Source: Eledone cirrhosa (Eukaryota). From it: DNA of 64,000 nt. The position numbers were made by a program, and so were the translations under genes. Shown here in pieces: positions 26,050 through 39,200 of this stretch (positions within the stretch are counted from its first letter, which is position 1; every line of letters begins with the position of its first letter). A model generated the notes under the pieces. The model searched no databases, was not told where the DNA came from, and saw only the letters and a program-made list of their open reading frames with translations. The stretch covers positions 320,974,001 to 321,038,000 of the forward strand of contig OZ024742.1 in the NCBI GenBank assembly GCA_964016885.1, in the 5' to 3' direction.

Positions 26050-28320
26050 AAGCAGCGTGTCGTTCGATGCACTCACTGCTGTTACGAGGTCTGTCTTATG
26101 TGGGTTGTATTCCAGAGTTAAGGCGGCTGTAGTGCGCAGAGTGTAAATAGATTAAGTTGCACAAGGGCCATATCGCTTCATTTTCAAAGCCTCCGGGCTC
26201 TTCTCGTGCAGCCCATCACCACCGACACAGCGCACGCAGCGCACTTGCGACTGTAAGAAACGTCTCCGCGACAGTCAACCTCAAACTATTTGAAGACGAC
26301 CTTTCTGCTGCGGTACGTGTGCTGGCCTCCAGCGACACTGTACTCTGACCCTCACCAGACGTCCTAGAAGTGCTCCGTCATAAACATCCGGACATCAAGG
26401 ACGTCCAAGTCCCGGTCAATAACCTCTCCTTGGTCGCGTCTAGTCTGGATGCATTAGCTGCCCAAAGATCTTTCCCAGGGAGCAGTAGTGGCGGAGTGGA
26501 CAGCCTGCGACTCGACCACATCAGTGACCTTATCTCGCCAAATACTGCTGAGACAGGAGCACACCTTCTCCAATCAATCACAGCTTTCCCCAACTGTCTT
26601 CTCCGAACCAACCTGCCCTGCCATGCCCGCGATCCTTTCTTCTCAGCTAGTCTGACCAATGTAGAAGCATCCGTCCCATCGCAATGGGCAACGTCTTCCG
26701 ACAACTTACACGCAAGTTAGTCAAATATGCTCATGCTGCGGCCAGACACTTTATAGAGCTCACGCCATCACCCCACCTCCTAGTGAAGCTGGATATGAGA
26801 AATGCTATCAACAGCGTTAGGTGGGATATCGTCTTAGAGACGTTTTTTAGACGAGCCCCTTCTATATTCCTTCCTGCTCAACTCTCGTACAGAATACCCA
26901 GCATATTCATGTCTGCTGACAAGGTCACTTCGGCTACGTGTGTCAATCAAGAAAATCCACTCGTCCCGCTCCTCTTTTGTCGGTGACGTTGTCCGCTCTG
27001 TCCGGTCGCCCTTCAAAGTCTGGTACCTGGACAACTCGACCATGGGTGGCTCAGCTAAGTCGGTAGTTGAGGACCTTCGGCTAATCATCCCAGCTCTAAA
27101 GCTCCTCGGACTCGAGGTCAACCCATCCAAGTCCGAGATGATAAACGTTAGCTACAGTGAGGCCGGATTCCACGACGCCGTATTCAGCGTCCAACCCGTC
27201 TTCTCTGGGGCCTGGTTAACGCCCAAAGACGTATCCTTCATTCTCGGCTCGCCATTTCTCTCGAAAGCCATACGGGAGTGCCGGGATACCAAACACAGAC
27301 CTGTTGAGGATGACGGAGAGGTTGCACCTCATTGACGCCATGTCACCCTCTCACAGATTGCCTCGATGAGGTCGATGCCACTATCCATACTGTGCGGAAC
27401 TCACCTGCAATGTCAGTTTCGACAACAGCTTGAAGCTCCTTGAGAGGTTTGATGACCTCGGCCTCCGATCCACAATAGATCTAGCACTGCCGTCCTACTT
27501 CCCCTAAATCTCCACCAGTCGCACTGTTATCAGTGAGGTCCTCAGTAAGGTGGCATAACCTGATGTGACCCAAGAACTGGATCAGGCTCTGGCCGACAGG
27601 ACCAGCGATGGCTTCTCCGTCCCCTAGTATACAAATGTCCAACGTAACCGGGATGAAATCATGTGCACGTCTACCTTCAGGCAGATCGAGTCTGGCTTGG
27701 ACCAACACCATCTCATATCCCACCATTCTGCCTACCAGCCAAATAGCAGGGCGTGACTCAATTTGGTGTCCCCCTCATCAACCCTTCTTGATGACGTGTG
27801 CACTCGCAATGGAGTAGCCAAACGTGCGTGATCCACATAAATGCCACTGTGGAGCTGTTGTCGTATGAGTTCGGCCTGCACCCATTATCATGTCGCCAGA
27901 GCGCAGGCCTATGTCACTCTCGACGACATAACGAGAAGGAGCCTAGACGCAGCCGGCTTCCCGTCACAACTAAAGCCCGTAGGTCTCGACCGTGTTGACG
28001 ACAAGCACCTCGACGTAATTACCTTCTTGCCTTTCGAAGGCGGTAAATCCCTCATCTGGGACGCGACATGCTGTGACAGGTTCTCCGCCTCTAACTTGGT
28101 CACCTCGACCTCAAACCTCGGTATTGAGACTCTCAATGCAGAGGACAGAAAGACAAGCTGACCTCCACCGTCAAATCGGATCGATAACAGCCCTTTTAAG
28201 AACGTAACCCTATGAGGTGGCGTGGATGGTGCAGTGTGTGACGTTCGCCACTATCCGCGGAAATGTCTTTGTCATTTTATCGGCGGGAGTACAGTCTGTT
28301 ACCCCCCTTTCCCTCTTTCT
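26050..28320 (+). pseudogene. Decayed CRE-clade non-LTR retrotransposon (RT + restriction-like endonuclease)
   Basis: SSGGVDSLR, VKLDMRNAINSV, WYLDNSTMGG, GKSLIWDATCCD, TIRGN; many frameshifts. Confidence 0.75.
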
Positions 28321-28980
28321 TTGTCTAGCAGTCCTTGCTCTTCCCACCTCCCTTTTCATCTCATTTATGACATTTCTTGTCCTTTCAAATATTGCTTTTT
28401 TTTCTGTATATTTAACCATTTCAGTATAGAAAAGAATTAGAAGTGTATTTAAGGAATCTCCTTTTCTAAAATTCAACAAAAGAGATATTTCTATTTTTGA
28501 AACATCCAGTGATTTTAAGGTTTATTAAATATATTTTAACATTTCAAATAATAATTAGTTTACTTTACACATTGACTTTTCATAATATATAATTTATTAG
28601 ATATATTGTTAATATATTGTAAAATATGTGAATTCAATGTTAAATACAGCTCTGTTCATTTTCATGTTTACTTTTCAGATACACAAATATATACTATCAG
28701 AATGCGAAGGGCTGAAAGTGATACCACAAGGAATTGGATTGGTACTTGATTTATCGACTACGAATGAATGAAAGACAAATTGACCTTGGTGGTATTTCAA
28801 CCCAGAGTGCATAAATCTGAAATAATATTTACAACACTTAACCGCCCTTTAACAAATCTGCCAAATATATTTTGTCTAAATAAAGAAATGTAGGAACTAA
28901 AGAAATATTCAAGCACCCACCCACTCAGCCGACACTTGCAACCCCTTTCCCACTTCCACAACTAATAAAATCCATAAACA

Positions 28981-29067
28981 ACGGAGATCCCGGTTTTGGC
29001 TCATTTCTCCCCGTTTTGGGGCACTTTTTTTCATGGTAGTTTGGGTTTTTAGAGGTTGGTAGGTCTG
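28981..29067. mobile_element. Truncated copy of the CAGACCT MITE
   Basis: ttttggggcactttttttcatggta ... GTTGGTAGGTCTG. Confidence 0.7.
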
Positions 29068-29149
29068 TATACATCCAAGCCGATTAAGAAACCACTAAGT
29101 AGTCGATCAATCTGCTAGAAATAACAGGCAAATATTTCCAATGAATAAA

Positions 29150-29740
29150 AGTATTACCATATTTCTAATAATTTTGAAAAGAATTAAACATTTTGAGGGA
29201 TTTAGTAATATAACTAATTTTCTCATTATTAAGCTGGTGATTAGGACATCTGACAAAGATTCATACATAAAATCACAATGGATGAGTTTTAAATAAATAC
29301 AAATACTTTGCTCATTCCATTATCATTGCTAATGAAATACACTGTCTATAATTAAAAATGATTTTGAAAATAATCAAGAATTTGGTGGGTGGGGACTTAA
29401 TACAAACTGCATTGTCATTAAATTGATGTTTCGAACCTAACGTAGGCTATTATATAAAATTATGATTGAAGGGTTTTAGATAAATATAAACGCTTTAAAA
29501 CAGTTTTGTATCGAAGAACGAAGTCGATTTCGGGTAATTTGGAAGCAAAAGTGTTAAGATAGAGTTTTCTACAAAATATATATATTTGCATATTAAGTTG
29601 GTGGTTTGAACATAACAAAAAGGGTTTATATAAAATTTTGGTGGAAGGATTTTAGATAAATATATACGCTTTAAAACAAACAATATTTTAATCATAGAAC
29701 CAGGGGGTAGTTTCAGGTGGTTTGGTGTCAAAAGGGTTAA
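29150..29740. mobile_element. AT-rich, internally repetitive element ending AAAGGG-TTAA (piggyBac-like terminus)
   Basis: same motifs as 15120-16437; caaaagggttaa at 29729-29740. Confidence 0.5.
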
Positions 29741-30162
29741 ACGAGTTCATATACATAACGATGTCCACTCTCTGGAAAAAGTATTTTTCTTCCTCATCTT
29801 TCGATTTTTTTTTTTTTTTTCTTTTTGACTGGTCTTCTCTCCAATCGTCTTCAGGTGATTGAAACTGGTTGTTGGGTGAACTTTATTTGATAACTTCTGT
29901 TCTGATATTCGGAACAACAGGCCCATTGTCTCCGAAGGACAATAGTGCTGTTATTTCGATGTACTTATACATTAAATTTAAGCTTTTGTCTACATACAGT
30001 TAGTTAGTGTATGTGTGTATTGTATTGACTCATTCAACGTTTGATGGCGTGGAAGCCACTTGGGATAAGTTCAGAGCCATGTTGTAGTGAGTGTTTAAAG
30101 TAGCCTCTTTAATGGGATCACCATTCAGTCTAACGATGAAGTGTCCTCGACCATTGTCTTTC

Positions 30163-30209
30163 ATAGATAGATGAATAGATAGATAGATACATAGATAGAT
30201 AGATAGATA
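30163..30209. repeat. (GATA)n at the 3' flank of Tx1 copy 1
   Basis: direct reading. Confidence 0.95.
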
Positions 30210-30475
30210 TGTTTCTTTTATTTGCCACCAGGGCATCAAAAGTGGGACATGTACAATGGGGGGAGTTTACAAAACAAGGCGTCCTCAGTAAGAAGGAGGC
30301 AATAACAATATATAAAAATAAAATAAAATATAACAAAAAATAAAATTTATAACAAAGTCCTCAATAGAGAGGAGGCGCCTTGGGGGGTCGCACCCCCCCC
30401 CCAAAAAAAAGTGTGCAACCCTTTTCCTCAGGAGCACAGAGAAGGGGTGCTCCCTTGGTCTTTCATCTTCCTCAC

Positions 30476-33400
30476 CTATAGTCTGATGTAGAGTGAAGGC
30501 CCATTCACACGGGCAATTCTCGCCACTTTCACCCATCTTTCATAAAAACGGCTGGGGTGCAGCACCTCTCTCTCCATCCTGATCCTTCTTCCGAAATGAT
30601 ATCGGAAGAAACGGACCAGTTGTTGGCCAGAGGGAAAGGTGTCTGACCTCAGTCCTTTCAGACGCGTCCACCATACAACCTCTTTCGCCATGGCTATTAC
30701 GCACAGAAACACCGCCTCTTCTTCGTTTTTGAAGAGGGGAGGGGGCTTGATCGTTACAATAGACTCGGTGGTCAACCGGATCGGTCCCACCCTTGACAGC
30801 AGTTGTTCGACATAGCCCCACAGATCGGCAATGCCCGAGCAGTGTACCAATGCGTGTGCAATGGTTTCCTCGTCGCACACGCATCTGGAACATATCTTTT
30901 TCGAGGGGTCCCTACCCGGGCGCCCATGTCTGTAGAGCCTTTCTCGAACGGGCAGAGCCCTTCTGTAGCATTGCCAGGCCAGGGACCTCTGGAAGTTATC
31001 CATGGGTCCCGGGCTGAATGTCCTACCGAACAGGTTTGCCAGTTCGTCTTCCTCCATGCCTAGGGCTTCTCCGAGGGCGTCGTCGCACCTGCTAATCACC
31101 AGCCCTCTATAGAATGACGAGGTGGATTCTCCACTGACAGCCGGGTCCGCCTGCTAGAGAGCCGTAAGCGCCTGGGCACACTCGGTGTGCCAGGCGCCCA
31201 GTTTTCTCGGTCTTTGCTTGACCCAGGATTGCAGCTCGGTGAGTGAGACGAGTCTGGGAAAGGCTCGCCTCACAAACGGGGCCCACGCCGGTTGACCGGA
31301 GAGGAATACCTGAAGGTGCCGTAGCCTTAATGCGTGTTTACGTATCATTAGCCACGGCATCCCCAGCCCTCCTTTCGAAGGGTGTTGACAGCAGATGGGT
31401 CTCCTCACCATAGGAGCCCGCTTATTCCAAAGGAATTGGAAGGGTGCGCGCTCCATTTTGGCGAGCGTTTCCCTTGGGCAAGGCACAACGGTCAGGCGGT
31501 AGTAGATGACGGACGCTATATAAGTGTTCGCCACCTCCGCCCGACCTTTCAGGGACAGTTTACACTCGGCCCACTTCTGGGTCAGTGCAAACACCCTGTT
31601 CGTTACCTCACCCCAGTTCTTCTCCACCTGGAGGTCTGGTCCGAACCAGACCCCGAGCAACTTCACCGGGCCCTCCGTCCAGCGCCCGACGACGCCATCG
31701 GAGGGCATCGATCTGCCCCTCCACGTGCCGAGTTGCTGACCGATCGACTTGTCCCGGTTCAGCTTAGCCCCTGTAAACCTTTCGTACTCCTCCAGTAAGG
31801 TGCCGATCGCCCCGATTTCCGAGGCCGTCGACACCATTACTGTTACGTCATCGGCGTAGGCTGACACCGCTTTCCGCAATCCCGGTTCCAACGGGATGCC
31901 CTGCAACAACTCCAACTTCCGCAGCAGTGGCTCTAGAGTCATTACATACAGAAGGGAGGAGAGAGGGCACCCCTGTCGGATGGACCGCGCGATTTCGAAC
32001 GGCTCCGAGAGGTAGCCGTTCACCTTGACCATAGAGCAGATGCGGCTGCTGTGCATGGCATTGATCCAGCCCCTGAAAACGGGTCCGAAGCCTGCCGTCG
32101 CTAGCACCGCATCCAGGTAACCATGGTCGACCCTATCGAATGCCTTAGATTGATCCAAGTTGATCAGGGCCCCAACCCTCTCTATGATGTATCGCATGAG
32201 GTGGAGGTTGTCGTGGATGGACCTGGACGGGATAGCACATGTCTGCGCATCTCCCACCAGGTTTCCCACGACAAGCGCCAACCTCTTTGCTAGCACCTTG
32301 GCCAAAATCTGTAACTCTGTATTTAGCAGAGTTATGGGCCTGAAATTATTTATATCGTCCCCCTTGTTCTCGTCCTTCCTCACTAGCGTGACTACGCCCT
32401 TGGTCACAGCACAGGGAATTCTCCCGTTATGTTGCCAGTTGCAGTAGACCGCCTCGAGGAGATCGGGGAACAAGTCCGGCATAGCTAGATATAGTTCGTA
32501 TGGAAGACCATCGAGACCCGGGTATTTGCGCTTGCCGCATTGGCTCAGCACGTCCTCTATCTCAGCGGCTGAAATCGGCTCCTCGCAGGACTTCGCCTCC
32601 CTGTCCGAGAGACGGACCAGTTGTTGGCCAGAGGCCCCCCGCCCCTTCCGAACAATCCGGCAAAGTGCTTTTGAAAAGCCTCGCACATCTGCTTAGGTTC
32701 AAGGATCACCCGTCCATCCTGATCTCGCAAAGACCGGATAGTGGATCTGCTCCCTCTTTTGGCTTCTGTCACGCGGGCTGAGCTAACAGCTTTGGTCCCC
32801 TCGTTTCTCAGAGCACGTATTTTGCTTCGGACGATGCAGCCTTCGTGTTTCGCGTCGAAGAACTGGCCCAGGGCCGTTCTCGACGCTAGCACTCTGGCCA
32901 CGTCGCCGCTTCTAATTGCCTCTTCTACACTATCTACCAACTCCCTTTCCTTCCTATTTCTATTTGAGGCTAACTCCTTACTAAATTCTATAGAGACTAC
33001 TCTAATCTCTCTTTTGAGAGATCCCCACCACCTGCTGTTGACGATGGCGCCCGTCAACCGCTCCTTAACTAAAGTGCTAATCCGGTCCCTCTAAGCCTTA
33101 CTTGCCGGTAAGGACAAGTTGAGCTTCCAGTAACCGGGTCACTGTCTATGAGTTCTGTCAAGGTTGACCATGCAGGTCACTAACTTGTGGTCTGAATAGT
33201 CAACCATGAACATTTTTGGACAACTTAAAAGTCCTTATCCTTAATTCTAACTAAGAACCTATCTAGGTACGACCTAGATGATCCGCTACGATTTGCCCAA
33301 GTCCAGGTTGGCGCCGTCGGAAAATCTAGTCGATATCTATCGACCAGGTCAAATCGACCAATTAACCCTTTGAGGCCATTACACCCCTCTCTATCGGGAC

Positions 33401-33866
33401 AGGCCCCTACGTAGTCCCAGCGTGCATCTAGGATACCATTCCAGTCCCCCACTAATAGCAAGGAGCGGGACGTCCGTAGAAAAGTCTCCAGACGATGGAA
33501 GAAGTCCGGCCGCATTGACCCGAAAGGGCCGTAGGCGGCTACTAACCTAAACGCTCCGCCTTTACCACTGCCAAGTTCCAGAACCACTAGTCGACCCTCC
33601 GGGTCCAAATGTACCATCTGTGTTGCGAGACCCAGATGTTTTTGCAGCAGAACGACAACTCCACCCCCACCTCCGGGCTGACAGAGAGATGCGTGCATCT
33701 CAAAGTCATCAAAGGTGGGGGCCAGCTGTCGCACGTTGCTGATCCGGGCCTCGCAAATAACCATCACATCTATACGTTGTGACCTGAGGTCATTTAGAAG
33801 CATTGCTTGCTTCCAAGTTGAGCCCAGGCCACGCGCATTTAAACAGCCTACTCTTAGCATAGCCAT
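30476..33866 (-). pseudogene. ORF2 of Tx1 copy 1 (APE endonuclease, RT, C-terminal zinc finger), broken into four pieces
   Basis: GDWN, PGLDG, QGCPLS, AYADD, CSRC..ETIAH...HC; lesions at about 33225, 33092, 32620 and 31154; 21-bp in-frame deletion relative to copy 2. Confidence 0.92.
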
Positions 33867-34068
33867 GTTGGTGGTGAAGAGAAAAGGCACTTACCTCTCT
33901 GCGTCCCGGGTATCGGGCTGCACAATTTCCATTAGGGTGGGGGATGGGTTGATGGGTGGGGTGGTGGTTTGTGGAAGTGTAGGGGCATCAGTGTGTTGTG
34001 TGGTTGGGGAGTTTGGAGTTGTGTGGGTGTTTGGGGAGGGGGTGGGGTAGTTTTTTAGGAGGACGCGG

Positions 34069-35709
34069 TTAATGGGCCCGACGCAGGGGGATGGGGGGGG
34101 GCACGTCCTCTTTAAAATTGTTTTTTAAAGTTTTATAGGTGTCCTGTGGGGCCTTAATCATTTTGAGGTGGGGGAAATCCCCTGCCTGGGTGAAGTTAGG
34201 CCCTTGTGTTTTTATTAGATTGTTGTTGTACACAATGTTTAACAGTTTTTTGTTTCTTGTGTTTATGTATGTGTATGCATGTTTTTGTTTTTGTGTGGTG
34301 TTTTTTGTTTGCTGTTGTTGTGAGCTCTTTTGTGTTGGTGTCAGTGTTATGTTTTGGGGAGGGGTTGTTTTCATTTGTGTGTCTGAGGTGTGTTTTCTTT
34401 TTTTTCTTTTGATTGTGTGGAAGTGCTCCTCCTCGTCTGACGACGAACTAGGGTCATCTTCCGCGTTGGAGAGGAGGGGTAGATTTTCGGGTTGTGTTTG
34501 CGGTGCGGGTGTTTTGGAAATTGTTTTTGTTTTTTGAGTGGAGGGGATGGGTTGGACATTGTTTGGTTTTGGTTTGAGCTGTGGTGGTTGTTTTTGTAGT
34601 GGTAGTTGTGGTGATTGTGTTGGTTGTGCAGTTGTTGGTGGTGTAGGCAGGATTGGGGTTTTCTTATTAAGTTGGGGACAGACAGCCCTCAGGTGACCTC
34701 TGGTTCCGCAGAGGTAACACGAGGGCCACCTACCCTCAACGGTAATGTTGATGAAAGTTAGATCATCCAGTATGACGCGTTCAGGGATCTGGGCGATCCT
34801 TTCGGGCCTCATTTGAACTACAAGTTCGAGGCTCGTTCCACTGAACGCGTCACCCGATGCCTTTCCCATGGACACCAGCATGTCATCATCCAGGTCCAGG
34901 AAACCTGTCAAAACCCACCATATGTCCATAATCGGCAGGATGGTGTGGATTTTTATTTTTTGTGTTCTTCTACCCATGTACGTAGGGTAGAAGGTGTATG
35001 CGGTGGATGTGATTGGTTTGATGGACAGTTTCACTGCTGTGTCCCTGTCCTTCATGAGAATGGATAAACTCCCGTAGAGTCTATCCTTCTGAATGAAGGT
35101 GATGTCCTTCATGACGTCTTTTAAAACCAGCTCTATCTCACTCTGTGATGGTTGAGCTGGTTTTTTGCTTTTATTCAAGATTGTCCTAAACATGACAGTG
35201 TTTAGGAGTCTCTGGCTTTTTAGTTCCGGGGGGGGGGGGGGGGGATGGATCGTGAATGAACCATTTTCCCCGTACACTACATATTTTTTGGCATCTGCCA
35301 GTAGCTCCTTCGCTTTGGTTATATCTACTGGCAGATAGTCGAGGGTTTTCCTTGCCGTCTCGGCGAAGGAGAAATTTTTTTTGTTTGTGTTGCTGTTATA
35401 GTTGGTGGTGTTGTTGTTATCATTGTTGTTGTTGTCACAGTTATTGGTCTTGTTGTTGTTGTTATTGTTATTGGTGTTGTTTTCGTCCGTCGCATTGTTG
35501 GTGTTGTTGCTGTTGCTGGTGCCGCTGGTTCTTTGGGTTGTTGCCATGGCAACGTCAAGTTGTCGGTTAACAGGTGGAGAAAATCCTTCCTCTGGCTGAC
35601 CTTTCTTTTTGACCTCTGCTACTGTGACAGTGGCAGGGGGAAACTGTAAGCTTATCTTCCCCTTTCCTCCTTCGAATTTTGGTGAAGATGCTTCAGCCAT
35701 TTTTATCAA
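34069..35709 (-). CDS. ORF1 (gag-like, single CCHC zinc knuckle) of Tx1 copy 1; true stop probably at 33891 after a homopolymer frameshift at about 34090
   Basis: CYLCGTRGHLRAVC; homologous to the 39711-41627 ORF; another frame continues NRVLLK...MEIVQPDTRDAER. Confidence 0.85.
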   Translation of the reverse strand: MIKMAEASSPKFEGGKGKISLQFPPATVTVAEVKKKGQPEEGFSPPVNRQLDVAMATTQRTSGTSNSNNTNNATDENNTNNNNNNNKTNNCDNNNNDNNNTTNYNSNTNKKNFSFAETARKTLDYLPVDITKAKELLADAKKYVVYGENGSFTIHPPPPPPELKSQRLLNTVMFRTILNKSKKPAQPSQSEIELVLKDVMKDITFIQKDRLYGSLSILMKDRDTAVKLSIKPITSTAYTFYPTYMGRRTQKIKIHTILPIMDIWWVLTGFLDLDDDMLVSMGKASGDAFSGTSLELVVQMRPERIAQIPERVILDDLTFINITVEGRWPSCYLCGTRGHLRAVCPQLNKKTPILPTPPTTAQPTQSPQLPLQKQPPQLKPKPNNVQPIPSTQKTKTISKTPAPQTQPENLPLLSNAEDDPSSSSDEEEHFHTIKRKKRKHTSDTQMKTTPPQNITLTPTQKSSQQQQTKNTTQKQKHAYTYINTRNKKLLNIVYNNNLIKTQGPNFTQAGDFPHLKMIKAPQDTYKTLKNNFKEDVPPPIPLRRAH

Positions 35710-35912
35710 AATAGGATTTTTCGAAATATTAAATGTTTACAACACTATTTCGCCTAAAGGCGTAGAATATTTTGAGAGACTGACCAGATCAAAATTTGAC
35801 CTGGTAGTCCCTCTACAAAATGGTACAAAAATGAAAGTTTACAGTTCACAATTTCCAGTTAAATTTAAACGAAACTTACCGAGCGAGCTCAGCACATGTG
35901 TCCATCGTAAAG

Positions 35913-36001
<89 letters not shown>
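35913..36001. repeat. (GATA)n between the two Tx1 copies
   Basis: pure repeat. Confidence 0.97.
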
Positions 36002-36239
36002 TATTTCTTTATTAGCCACAGGGGCACAAAAGAAGGGGACAAATACAAAGGGGGAAGTTTACATACAATAAAAACGTGTAAAATGTTATCACAGATGGAA
36101 TTTAAAAGTTAGTCGATTTTCCCCAATAGAGGGAGACAGTTTATATGGGTAACACATACCCCCGAAAAAATGTGCAACCCTCATCTCCAGGAGTATGAAG
36201 AGCTTGTACTCCTTTCCTCTCCTCCTCCTTTTCCTCAAT

Positions 36240-39200
36240 CTACAGGCTGATATAGAGAGAAGGCCCATTCACTCGGGCCATTCTCGCCACTTTCACCCAC
36301 CTTTCATAAAACTTGCTGCGGTACAGCACCTCTCTCTCCATCCTGATTCTTCTTCCAAAGTGGTATTTGAAAAAAAGAATCAGTTGTTGGCCGGAGAGAA
36401 AGGTGTCTGACCTCAGCCCTTTCAACCTTGTCCACCATACAACCTCTTTCGCCATAGCTATCACACAAAGGAAAACCGCCTCTCCTTCGTTTTTGAAGGA
36501 GGGTGGCGGTTTGATCATGACAATGGATTCGGTGGTCAACTGGATTGGTCCCACCCGCGACAATAGTCGTTCTACATATCCCCACAGGTCAGTGACGCCC
36601 GGGCAGTGTATGAATGCGTGCGCGACGGTTTCTTCGTCTCGCACGCACCTCGGACAGATCTTTTTTGCAGGGTCCCTGCCCGGGCGCCCATGTCTGTAGA
36701 GCTTGTCTCGAACTGGTAGAGCTCCTCGGTAGCACTGCCAGGCCAGGGACTTTTGGAAGTTGTCCATCGGTCCCGGGCGGAAGGTCCTACCGAACAGACT
36801 GGCCAGTTCATCTTCCTCCACGCCCAGAGTTTCACCGAGCGCGTCGTCGCACTTGCTGCGGACCAACCCTCTATAGAATGACGAAGTGGAGTCTCCACTG
36901 ATCGCCGGGTCCGCCTGCCAGAGGGCTGTGAGCGCCTGAGCACATTCGATGTGCCAGTCGCCCATTTTCCTCGGTCTCTGCTTGACCCAGGACTGCAGCT
37001 CGGTCAGTGAGACGAGTCGTGGGAAGGCTCGCCTCACGAACGGGGCCCACACCGGTTGTCCGGTGAGGAATACGTAGAGATGCCGCAGCCTGAGCGCGTG
37101 TTTGCGCATCGTCAACCACGGCATCCCCAGCCCTCCGTTAGAAGGGTGTTGGCAGCAGATGGATCTTCTTACCAAAGGAGCCCGCCTCTTCCAAAGGAAT
37201 CGGAAGAGGGCGCGCTCCATTTTGGCGAGCGTTTTGGCTGGACAAGGCACGACGGTCAAGCGGTAGTAGATGGCGGACGCTATAAAAGTGTTCGCCACCT
37301 CCGCTCGACCTTTCAAGGATAGTTTGCACTCGGCCCACTTCTGGGTGAGTGCAAACACCTTGGCCGTCACTTCGTTCCAGTTCTTCTCCACCTGGAGGTC
37401 CGGACCAAACCAGACCCCGAGCAGCTTTACCGGTCCTTCCGTCCAGCGTCCGACGACGCCATCGGAAGGCATCGGTCTGCCTCTCCACGATCCGAGTTGC
37501 AAACCGATGGACTTGTCCCGGTTCAGCTTCGCTCCTGTGAGACTTTCGTATTCCTTTAGTAAGGTGCCGACTTTCTCGATTTGCGAGGCGCTCGACACCA
37601 TTACTGTCACGTCGTCGGCGTAGGCCGACGCCGCTTTCCGCAGTCCCGGTTCCAGAGGGATGCCCTGCAATAGCTCCAGCTTCCGCAGTAGTGGCTCGAG
37701 AGTCAGTACGTACAGAAGGGAGGAGAGAGGGCATCCCTGTCGAATGGATCGCGTAATATGGAACGGCTCCGAGAGGTAACCGTTCACCTTGACCCTTGAG
37801 CAGATGTTGCTGTTGTGCATTGCAGCAATCCAGCCCCTGAACACGGGTCCGAAGCCTGCCGCCTCGAGCACCGCATCCAGGTAACGATGGTCAACCCTAT
37901 CGAAAGCCTTAGACTGATCCAAGTTGATCAGGGCCCCACCGAAGCCGGGTTTACACCCTACCCTCTCTATGATGTATCGCATGAGGTGGAGGTTGTCGTG
38001 TATGGACCTGGTCGGGATCGCGCATGTCTGCGCTTCTCCCACCAGGTTCTCGACGACAAGCGCCAGCCTCTTTGCCAACACCTTGGCCAAAATCTGTAAC
38101 TCTGTGTTTAGCAGAGTTATGGGCCGGAAGTTGCCTATGTCATCCCCCTTATTCTCGTCCTTCCTGATTAGTGTGACCACGCCCCCGGTTACAGAACTGG
38201 GAATTCTCCCGTTCTGTTGCCAGTTGCAGTAGACCGCTTCCAGGAGACCGGAGAATAAGTCCGGCATTGCTACGTAAAATTCGTAGGGTAGACCGTCGAG
38301 ACCTGGAGATTTGCGTTTGCCGCATTGGCTCAGCGCGTCCCCTATCTCAGTGGCTGAAATCGGCTTTTCGCAGAACTTCGCCCCGCTGTCCGAGAGTCGC
38401 GGTAGGCCGTCGAGGTATGGACCGAAATCCATAGCCTCTCCCGGCGCGCCGCTCCCCCCGAACAGCCGAGCAAAGTGCCGCTGAAAAGCCGCACACATCT
38501 GCTTCGGCTCACGTATCACGCGTCCGTTTTGGTCCTTCAAAGACCGAATCGTGGACTTGTTGCCACTTTTTGCCTCCGTCACTCGGGCCCAGCTAACAGC
38601 TTTGGCTCCCTCGTTTCCCAGAGCACGTATTTTGCTTCTGACAACGCAGCCCTCGTGCTTTGCGTCGAAGAACTGGTCCAAGGCCGTTCTCGTTGCTAGC
38701 ACGCTGGCTACGTTGCCACTTCTAATAGCCTCTTCTACTTTATCTACCAGTTCCTTCTCGGTTCTATTTCTATCTAACGCTAATTCTTTACTAAAAACTA
38801 TCGAGTCTAATCTAACTGCCCTCTTGAGAGAGTACCACCATCTGTTGTTGACAATGGCCCCTGTCAAGTGCTGTTTAACTAAAGTGCTAATCCGTCTACT
38901 GTAGGCTTTGCTTGTCGGTAACGACAAGTTCAGCTTCCAGTAGCCGGGTCCTTGTCTATGGGTTCTATCAAGGTTGGCCATGCAGGTCACTAGTTTGTGA
39001 TCCGAATAGGCAACCATGAACATTTGTGGACAGCTTAACATGTCCCTATCCTTATTTCTAACTAGAACCCTATCTAGGTACGATCTAGATGTTCCGCTAC
39101 GATTACTCCACGTCCACAGTGGCGCAGTCGGAAAATCTAGTCGATATCTATCGGCCAGGTCAAATCGGTCGATTAACTGTTTGAGGCTGTTACACCCCCC

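Larger units (their letters stand above)
30210..35912 (-). mobile_element. Full-length L1/Tx1-clade LINE copy 1 (inactivated)
   Basis: 5'UTR, ORF1 with CCHC knuckle, ORF2 APE-RT-zinc finger, 3' AATAAAAGAAAC then (TATC)n. Confidence 0.92.

Noticed and set aside
29790-29860. Minus-strand hammerhead-like CTGAAGAC-GATTGG...CCAGTC
   Set aside because: GAAA is displaced by a poly(A) run and stems I and III are missing; at most a dead remnant
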